The position numbers and the translations under genes were made by a program. A DNA stretch of 64,000 nucleotides from Chthoniobacterales bacterium (GTDB lineage: Bacteria > Verrucomicrobiota > Verrucomicrobiia > Chthoniobacterales > Chthoniobacteraceae). Below the pieces are notes generated by a model. The model worked only from the letters and a program-made list of their open reading frames with translations. It had not been told where the DNA came from and made no database searches. The stretch covers positions 1 to 64,000 of the forward strand of contig JBBQZX010000009.1 of NCBI GenBank assembly GCA_038207335.1, written 5' to 3'. Positions 49,094 to 55,884 of this stretch are shown piece by piece. The number at the start of each line of letters is the position of its first letter. Position 1 is the stretch's first letter.

Positions 49094-50785
49094 CTAGGGC
49101 ACTGGGTTGGGACCGAATGCCCCCATGGAGAGGTCGCCTTGGGGCTCGATGTGGACGGGGCCGTCGAAGCGGGCGGTGCCGGCGACGTGGAGCTGGGCTA
49201 GCGGCTGCGCGATGCCGATACCGACGTCGCCGGCGGGGGTGATTCGCACTCTTTCGACGGATGGGACTGGGTTGGCTCCGTTCCCGGTGCCGGCGGTTTT
49301 GATGAGGACGGCACCGCCTTGTCCGTTGCCGAAGCCGTCGCCGCCGGCGATGGAGAGGTCGGCCCCGGCGACGGTTTCGGCAGATGCGCCGGTGGCGTGG
49401 AGGGTGAAGCCGATCGGGTTTGCCGATGCTTTGCCGTTGCCGAAGTAGCCGTTGGCGATGAAGCCGTTCCCGGCGAGGTTGTCTCCTCCGACAATCAATT
49501 GATTGCTGCTGGATGCGGTGATTGAATCGTCTGAGTAAGCTCCGAGGAATATGTTGAATGAACCGAGTAAATTATGCAGGCCTGCAGTATACCCAATGGC
49601 TGTGTTGAAATTCCCGGTCGTATTGCCGATTCCGGCTGCGCTACCAATGAAAATGTTATGAGAGCCCTCCGTGTTCTCGGCTCCTGTCACGGCTCCAATG
49701 AATACGTTCGAGTAGCCCGACGTGTTTCGATAGCCGGTGCTGTCGCCAATAAACTGATTCTCACTGCCGACCGTGTTACCTCTGCCAGCGAAAACCCCCA
49801 TGAAGGTGTTGGCTATCCCAGATGTGTTATTCTCCCCAGCTTGTCGGCCAATGAAATTATTGTAAGTCCCGGTCGTATTATAGTATCCGGACCCAGCACC
49901 CATGAAGTTGTTAAAGGCTCCGGTGGTGTTGAATACACCGCTGTTGACAGAGATGAAATTGTTGCAGTAACCTGTGGTGTTGCTATACCCGGCGTTTCCT
50001 CCCACGAAATTGTTGCAGCTTCCTAAATCGTTGTTGCGACCGGCATTTGCTCCAAGGAAGTTGTTGCCGCCACCTTGCGAGTTTGACAATCCAGCGCCGG
50101 TGCCGGCGAAAAAGTTACCCGCTCCTTGAGAGCCGGGATTTCCCGCGCCCGCGAGGGCAATTCCGTCGGGGCTGCTGCGAGATAAGATTTCGACGCCGTT
50201 GATTTTTAAGGCACCGCCTTGGATGTTGAGGGCAGGAATGGTGAGTGGCGAACCAGCGGTGATGTTGCAGATGCCGTTGTAGCCATTGGCGCTGCTGGCG
50301 AATCTGCTCTCTGTGAGTACATTGGAGCCGTTGATCGTGATGCTTCCGTTGCTGTTTGGATTGAGAGCGATGGTCGGCGTATTCGAATTCGACGGATACA
50401 AGAGTAAATCGTTCGACACATCGAGGGTCATCTGCGGGAAAGAAGTGCCATTGAGATCGGCTTTTTCCCACTGCAGCGCGATCGTCGGCTTGGCTAGGAA
50501 AAATCTTAGAACGGAAGTGGGGAGAGCCGGGTCTTCACCGTAGCTCAGAGTCAGCGCCTGCGATTCTCCAATCTGAGTCGTTGCCCTGCCAAAGTAAAAC
50601 TCGCTGCCTGCAACATCGAGGACATTGTGAAGGGTGGTGGCACCGTTGACATCTAGCGAACCGCCGATGGTAGCATTGCCGTTGACATCGAGCTCGGTGA
50701 AGGATTCAGGGAAGGCAGGAATCTGGGAGGAAAGGAGGAGGGCGATGCAGGTGGTGAGGATGCGGTGGGAGGCTTGTTTTTTCAT
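49094..50785 (-). CDS. Secreted trimeric adhesin/tail-fibre-like protein with 17-aa beta-roll repeats
   Basis: Signal-like N-terminus; about 12 NNFxGxxAGxxNTTGxx repeats; C-terminal ERVRITPAGDVGIGIAQPLAQLHVAG and PQGDLSMGAF. Confidence 0.8.
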   Translation of the reverse strand: MKKQASHRILTTCIALLLSSQIPAFPESFTELDVNGNATIGGSLDVNGATTLHNVLDVAGSEFYFGRATTQIGESQALTLSYGEDPALPTSVLRFFLAKPTIALQWEKADLNGTSFPQMTLDVSNDLLLYPSNSNTPTIALNPNSNGSITINGSNVLTESRFASSANGYNGICNITAGSPLTIPALNIQGGALKINGVEILSRSSPDGIALAGAGNPGSQGAGNFFAGTGAGLSNSQGGGNNFLGANAGRNNDLGSCNNFVGGNAGYSNTTGYCNNFISVNSGVFNTTGAFNNFMGAGSGYYNTTGTYNNFIGRQAGENNTSGIANTFMGVFAGRGNTVGSENQFIGDSTGYRNTSGYSNVFIGAVTGAENTEGSHNIFIGSAAGIGNTTGNFNTAIGYTAGLHNLLGSFNIFLGAYSDDSITASSSNQLIVGGDNLAGNGFIANGYFGNGKASANPIGFTLHATGASAETVAGADLSIAGGDGFGNGQGGAVLIKTAGTGNGANPVPSVERVRITPAGDVGIGIAQPLAQLHVAGTARFDGPVHIEPQGDLSMGAFGPNPVP

Positions 50786-50819
50786 AGGTCGAGAGGTTGG
50801 GCGGTGTGAGTTGCGTTTC

Positions 50820-50849
50820 GGGTCGCCAAGAGGGTCGCCAAGAGGGTCG
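50820..50849. repeat. 12-bp tandem duplication (gggtcgccaaga x2.5)
   Basis: Directly visible in the intergenic region. Confidence 0.7.
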
Positions 50850-50862
50850 ATGTTTCCGTCGC

Positions 50863-51477
50863 CTAGCCGGCGAAGGGGCAGGTGACGATGTCGCTGTCTT
50901 GGCCGACTTCGGTGTCGCCGATGATGCCGCGGGCCATGTATTCACGGTCTTCGGGGGCGCCGGGGACGAGGAGGGGGGTCTGGTCGTCGTAGGGGAAAGT
51001 TTTGCGGGCGGGGGCGACGAGGAGCCACGCGGCGTTGTTGCGGCGCAGGTAGATATTGACGCGTTCGGCGTAGTTTTTGGTGCCGGTGATGCGGACGTGG
51101 CCGCGCATGGGCTCGACTTTGATGACGGGCTTGATGGTGTTTGGCGGGGGCGTGTAGGCGCTGGTGAAGATGCGCATGGCATTGCCCAAGCCGGTGGTGA
51201 AGGCCGGGTTGGCCTTGATCTGGTGGATGAAGTCGCGCAGCGGGGTGTTGCTGTCGTGGAAGAGCTGGTGGGCGTCGCCGCTGGCGGTATCGAGGACGGT
51301 CTGGGCGTCGATGACGGCCTGGTAGGCGGCGATGAGCGGGTCGATGAGGGCGTTGAACGCGGTGACGGCGGCGGCGTTCAGGCTGAGGGTGGTGGCGTTG
51401 TCGGCGACCTCTTGCTTGAGGTCTTTGAGCCACTGGAGGCGGTTTGCGAAGGAGTCGGGGATGAAGTCGTTGGCCAT
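50863..51477 (-). CDS. Hypothetical 204-aa protein (amphipathic helical N-half, beta-sandwich-like C-half)
   Basis: Clean ORF with strong codon bias; MANDFIP.. start; C-terminal REYMARGIIGDTEVGQDSD. Confidence 0.8.
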   Translation of the reverse strand: MANDFIPDSFANRLQWLKDLKQEVADNATTLSLNAAAVTAFNALIDPLIAAYQAVIDAQTVLDTASGDAHQLFHDSNTPLRDFIHQIKANPAFTTGLGNAMRIFTSAYTPPPNTIKPVIKVEPMRGHVRITGTKNYAERVNIYLRRNNAAWLLVAPARKTFPYDDQTPLLVPGAPEDREYMARGIIGDTEVGQDSDIVTCPFAG

Positions 51478-51597
51478 GGTTCGGGGTAGGTTGGTGGTTC
51501 TTGGTTTCGCTGTTTAGAGGTGAAAACGGGCGGTTTCTCTGCGGCGCGGGCGAGGTTAGGGGTGCCGGAGGGTGAATGTGAGGGCGTCGCCTCTGTA

Positions 51598-51891
51598 GAG
51601 GAGGTTTCCAAGCGAGCTGGCGGGGTTTCCAGCGGGATTGGCGGGTACGCCAATGCGATTGGCATACTGGCGGATTGGATTGGCGGGGTTTCCAATCGAA
51701 TTGGCGTACTCGCCAAGTCGAATGGCGGGGTTTCCAATGTGATTGGTGGGTACGCCAATCCGATTGGAGTAGTTCCCAGCGCAATTGGCGTACTTGCCAA
51801 TCGGGCTGGCGGCGCTGTGGATCGAGATGGCAGGGTAGCGGACCGGGCTGGATAGGATGCCGGACGACGCGGCGACGGTGCGGGGGTTCGC
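51598..51891. repeat. Degenerate 21-bp-period tandem array (about 14 units)
   Basis: Units such as ggcggggtttccagcgggatt, ggcgggtacgccaatgcgatt, ggcggggtttccaatcgaatt, ggcgtactcgccaagtcgaat, in exact 21-nt register. Confidence 0.85.
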
Positions 51892-52252
51892 GGGGAGGGG
51901 GTTTTCGCGCGTGGGGGACACGGGAGCACAGTTGAGCGGGTGGCCAATGCGGTGTCTGTCCGGGATGAGCCCCCATTTTGAGGTGGAGACGCTGGAGGGG
52001 AGGAGGCGTGGGCATTTGCTTACGCTGAGGAGGGGATTGGTGCGATTTTCCCCGGACACTGCTCCCCTACAAATGGGGCGGTTCAGTGTTCAAATCGCGG
52101 CATTTTGAGTGTTGTTTGGTGGAGGTGAGGGCGCTGATTTGGTTGCGTTTCTCTGCCATGCGTCGGGGGTGAAAAGCGGGGGATGGTGGTCCTTCGTTGC
52201 ACTCAGGATGACAGGGTGGGGAGGGGTGCGATCGTCGTTGCGGTGAGCAAGT

Positions 52253-52305
52253 TTGTAGGGCGACCGCTTCGGTTGCCCAAGGCAGGCGGAGTGCCTGCCC
52301 TACAA
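52253..52305. repeat. GTAG-type REP doublet
   Basis: ttgtagggcgaccgcttcggttgccc-aa-ggcaggcggagtgcctgccctacaa. Confidence 0.7.
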
Positions 52306-52396
52306 TTTTCCGGCAAGCTGAATCGCTTTGGGGAAATTCTTGAGGCAGGGTGTGGGTGAAGGTGCTCTACTCGGGCTGTGTCACGTTGCTCCCTCG

Positions 52397-53242
52397 ATGA
52401 TTGATCCTTTTAAGAAGCCACGCGTGCTGGTGGTGATGGCTGTGCCGGGGCTGCGGACGGGGATGTCGATGTTTCTCGAAAAGGAGGGGTCGCTGGAGGT
52501 GTGCGGGGAGACGTGCAAGGCGGCGGAGGCGCGGGCAATGTGCGGGGAGTTGCTCCCGGATGCGATCGTGCTGGACCCAGAGGTGGCGGGGCTGGGGCTG
52601 GCGCTGGTGCGCGATTTCAAAAAACTGCACCGGGCGGCTTCGACGGCGCTGTATGCGAGGCGGATCGATGCGGAGCAGGTGCGCCGGGCTTTCAAGGCGG
52701 GGGCGCAAGGTTATTTCTCGCAATCGGAGGAGTTGCCGACGGTGGTGGCGGAGCTGGTGCGGGTCTGCTGGGGGGAGCGGGTGATGAGCCCGGCGGTATC
52801 GCGGCAGATGACGCGCGATTTTACAAAGGGGAATGACAGGACGGCCGGGCTGGAGCGGATTTCGGCGCGGGAGCAGGATGTCCTATGGCTGCTGGGCCAT
52901 GGGAAGGGGGAGTCGGCGATCGCGCTGGAGCTGGGGGTGGGTGTGAAGACGGTGGAGACGTATTTCGAGCGGCTGAAGCAGAAGCTCTCGCTGAAGGATG
53001 CCGCGCAACTGCTGGCGGTGGCACGGGAATATGCGCGGCAGCACTCGGAGGTGAGCGGCCGCGCCATGGAGGCGGGGCGAGAGGGATCGGCAGGCGCGGA
53101 TGTGGGGGAGAAGGCGGTGGCGATGCTGTCGGAGGTGGGTGCGCCGCCGCTGATGCGGGGGTTCTTCGCGACTGATTTTCTCGCGCCCCCATCGGGTGCG
53201 CGGGGGACTCGCAGCTTCCGCTACTCGCGGAGGCGGGTGTAG
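52397..53242 (+). CDS. NarL/LuxR family response regulator with atypical receiver
   Basis: REC-like N-terminus; LuxR HTH ISAREQDVLWLLGHGKGESAIALELGVGVKTVETY. Confidence 0.82.
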   Translation: MIDPFKKPRVLVVMAVPGLRTGMSMFLEKEGSLEVCGETCKAAEARAMCGELLPDAIVLDPEVAGLGLALVRDFKKLHRAASTALYARRIDAEQVRRAFKAGAQGYFSQSEELPTVVAELVRVCWGERVMSPAVSRQMTRDFTKGNDRTAGLERISAREQDVLWLLGHGKGESAIALELGVGVKTVETYFERLKQKLSLKDAAQLLAVAREYARQHSEVSGRAMEAGREGSAGADVGEKAVAMLSEVGAPPLMRGFFATDFLAPPSGARGTRSFRYSRRRV

Positions 53243-54621
53243 CCGAAGAACCCGCGCTTTTTAATGAGCTCGGCGACGCGCTCGGGAACCATTTGCTCCC
53301 ATGAGTCGTCGTTGCTGGCGATGCGGTTGAGGACGTCGCGCGAGAAGACGCCGAGGGCGCCGGGGTCGAAATTGTCGAGGGCGACGAAGCTGCCGCGGCC
53401 GGAGAGGTATTGGTAGAGGGGGCGGAGTTCGGGCGCGACCTGGAGGTTGTCGATCGTGGTGAGCTCTTTGGTCTTCGGGTCTTGCAGGGGATAGACGTAG
53501 AGCTTGAGGTCGTTTTTGAAGAGCCGACCGAAGGACTCGAGGATGCCGCCTGGGAGCTGGGGGTAATACTTTTCATCAAAGATCTCGATGAGGCTGGGGA
53601 CGCCCATGACGATGCCGATGCGCTCTTTAGTGCGCCATGCGAGGTAGGCGGCGAGGCGGAAATACTCGAAGTAATTCGAGATCATGACGGTGGAGCCGCA
53701 GGCGGCGAGGAGGTCGGCGCGGGCGAGGAAGTCGCGGCGATCGACGACTTTGCCGCCGGCGAGCAGATTGCTCATGGTGATCTCGGCGATGGGGAGCACG
53801 TCTTTGCCGGCGACGGCGGGGTCGTTGCTGAATTTTTCCAACGCGCATCGCTCCATGTCGCGGTTCACATTCGACACGGGGCGGAAGCTGCCGCGCGAGA
53901 CGAGCACGGCTTTTTTATGGAGGACTTCGCTCGGCTGAAGGACTTCGCGATTCGGGCCGAACATGGCGACGCCGCTGAGGCCGAGCTCGACGAGTTTCAG
54001 TGCGACGAGGCGGTTATCGACGGCGCGAAATTCGATGCCGCTGAAGTCGATGACGTCGATCTCGATGCGCGCGGGCGTGAGGGAATCGAGCAGGCGCTCG
54101 ACGAGGACCTCGGGCTCGTGGTGGTGGAAAAATGCGCCGTAGAGGAGGTTCACGCCGACGATGCCGAGCGCCTCCTGCTGGAGCGAGGCCTCCACATCGA
54201 CCATGCGAAGATGGATGATGATCTGGCTCGGCTGATCGCCTGGATGCGCCTGGAATTTCACCCCCATCCAGCCGTGGCACTCATTGCCGCCGGTGAAGCT
54301 GCGCGTGGTGACGGTGTCGGCGAATGCGAAGAAGGAGGTGGTCTCGCCGCGTTTATCTTGGAGACGTTCGAGGTCGAGATTGTATTCGCAGTCGAGCATT
54401 GACTGGAGCCGCGTACGCGAGACGTAGCGATCGGCGGTTCCGTAAATCGCGTCGCTCACGGTCATGTCGTAAGCCGAAATGCTTTTCGCGATCGTGCCCG
54501 CAGCACCGCCGACGCGGAAGAACCAGCGGACGACTTCCTGCCCTGCGCCGATCTCGGCGAGCGTGCCGTACCAGCGCGGGTCGAGGTTGATTTTAAGTGC
54601 CTTTGTGTGCGTGTCTTCCAT
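53221..54621 (-). CDS. Conserved protein with C-terminal nucleotidyltransferase-like (NadD-like) fold
   Basis: ATG 54621; YGTLAEIGAGQEV, SAYDM, HGWMG, RGSFRPV, FGRLFKNDLKLYVYP, WEQMVP..VAELIK. Confidence 0.7.
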   Translation of the reverse strand: MEDTHTKALKINLDPRWYGTLAEIGAGQEVVRWFFRVGGAAGTIAKSISAYDMTVSDAIYGTADRYVSRTRLQSMLDCEYNLDLERLQDKRGETTSFFAFADTVTTRSFTGGNECHGWMGVKFQAHPGDQPSQIIIHLRMVDVEASLQQEALGIVGVNLLYGAFFHHHEPEVLVERLLDSLTPARIEIDVIDFSGIEFRAVDNRLVALKLVELGLSGVAMFGPNREVLQPSEVLHKKAVLVSRGSFRPVSNVNRDMERCALEKFSNDPAVAGKDVLPIAEITMSNLLAGGKVVDRRDFLARADLLAACGSTVMISNYFEYFRLAAYLAWRTKERIGIVMGVPSLIEIFDEKYYPQLPGGILESFGRLFKNDLKLYVYPLQDPKTKELTTIDNLQVAPELRPLYQYLSGRGSFVALDNFDPGALGVFSRDVLNRIASNDDSWEQMVPERVAELIKKRGFFGYTRLRE

Positions 54622-54706
54622 TGGGCAGTTGAGAGTGAGTGGTTGAGAGTTGAGGGCGGGATCCGCGCTTCGGCGCTTGATGCGAAGAGGATTGAGGGAG
54701 GTGCTC

Positions 54707-55162
54707 TCAAGTCTCAACTCTCAACTCGACCTCATGATACTCGAGCGCCCATTCGCGCATGAATCGCACGCGGGTCGGGCGGATGCGGTAGATGATCAAA
54801 TCGGGGTTGTCAGGCGTGCGGAGGTATTGGCGGAGCAGGGGATTGCTCTCCCAGATTTCGGCTAAAAGCGCGGCGTCGGTGAGGACCTCGGCGACGCCGG
54901 TGATGCGGAGCTGGTCGTGCGAATCGTCGAGGTAGCACAGCTCGACGTTTGGGTTCGCGGCGATCTCAGCGGTCTTGTGGTAGGCGCGGAGATTCGCCAC
55001 GAAAATGGTGAAGCCATCGACGCACACGGGGGACACGGGCCGCACGCGCGGTTGGTCGCCGTCGATGGTGGCGAGTTGTGGGAAGCGCGCGTTTTTGATG
55101 ACGGCTTGCGCGAGGGAGACGAGTTCGGCGGGGGAGAAAGTTTTCGGAGTCGGAGGAGGCAT
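54707..55162 (-). CDS. Pyridoxamine 5'-phosphate oxidase-like FMN-binding protein
   Basis: LATIDGDQPRVRP, K..EIAANPNVEL, QLRITG. Confidence 0.82.
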   Translation of the reverse strand: MPPPTPKTFSPAELVSLAQAVIKNARFPQLATIDGDQPRVRPVSPVCVDGFTIFVANLRAYHKTAEIAANPNVELCYLDDSHDQLRITGVAEVLTDAALLAEIWESNPLLRQYLRTPDNPDLIIYRIRPTRVRFMREWALEYHEVELRVET

Positions 55163-55242
55163 GGGCGGATGAAAGCATGGTTTGAGGCGTGGCGGCAAAG
55201 CTGCGCTGGGCGGTGGCGGCGGGCGCTGGTAAATGCAGCGGC

Positions 55243-55881
55243 GTGCGCTTGCTTACGTTGTTTCTCGTCGTGGGAATCGTCCTGCTTTTGCCGTTTTTGT
55301 TTTGGGGCGAAACGTTCACTCGCTGGCTCGATGACGATGCGGGCATCGAGTGGCTCCGCGGCTTTGGCGCGTGGGGTTGGATGGTGGTGATCGCGTTGCT
55401 GGTCGCCGATTTGTTTCTGCCGATCCCTGCGACGCCGGTGATGTCGGCGGCGGGCTTTTTGTATGGAGGTTGGATCGGCGGGCTGGCCAGCGCGGCGGGT
55501 TCGTTCCTCGCGGGCCAGCTCGGATACTGGCTTTGCAGGCGATTCGGTCGCGGCTTTGCGGTGCGGCTGGCTGGCGAAAATGACCTGCTTCGCGCGGAGA
55601 ATATTTTCGATCGCAGCGGTGCGTGGCTGGTCGCGCTTTCGCGCTCGCTGCCGCTGCTGCCGGAAGTCGTTTCGTGCCTCGCCGGGCTCGCCCGGATGCC
55701 GCCGATGAAATTCACGCTAGCTCTCGCGTGCGGGTGTCTGCCGATGGGCTTCGCCTACGCGGCGATCGGCGCGGCGGGCCAGTCGCGCCCCGGCCTCGCG
55801 CTCGCCCTCAGCGCGCTGGTGCCCGCGCTGCTGTGGGTCTTCGTGCAGTGGCGGATGCGCGGTGCCTGGCGGGAAAACTAG
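55243..55881 (+). CDS. VTT/DedA-like membrane protein
   Basis: ADLFLPIP, GFLYGGWIGG, SRSLPLLPE; GTG 55243. Confidence 0.82.
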   Translation: MRLLTLFLVVGIVLLLPFLFWGETFTRWLDDDAGIEWLRGFGAWGWMVVIALLVADLFLPIPATPVMSAAGFLYGGWIGGLASAAGSFLAGQLGYWLCRRFGRGFAVRLAGENDLLRAENIFDRSGAWLVALSRSLPLLPEVVSCLAGLARMPPMKFTLALACGCLPMGFAYAAIGAAGQSRPGLALALSALVPALLWVFVQWRMRGAWREN

Positions 55882-55884
55882 AGG

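Noticed and set aside
49094..50785. Prophage tail fibre
   Set aside because: It has a signal-like N-terminus and there are no capsid, terminase, tail or integrase genes nearby.
50813..50830. Sigma-54 promoter before the fibre gene
   Set aside because: GG-to-GC spacing is off by one base and the match to consensus is poor.
51598..51891. CRISPR array
   Set aside because: No invariant repeat with unique spacers, the unit is only 21 bp, and there are no cas genes in the window.
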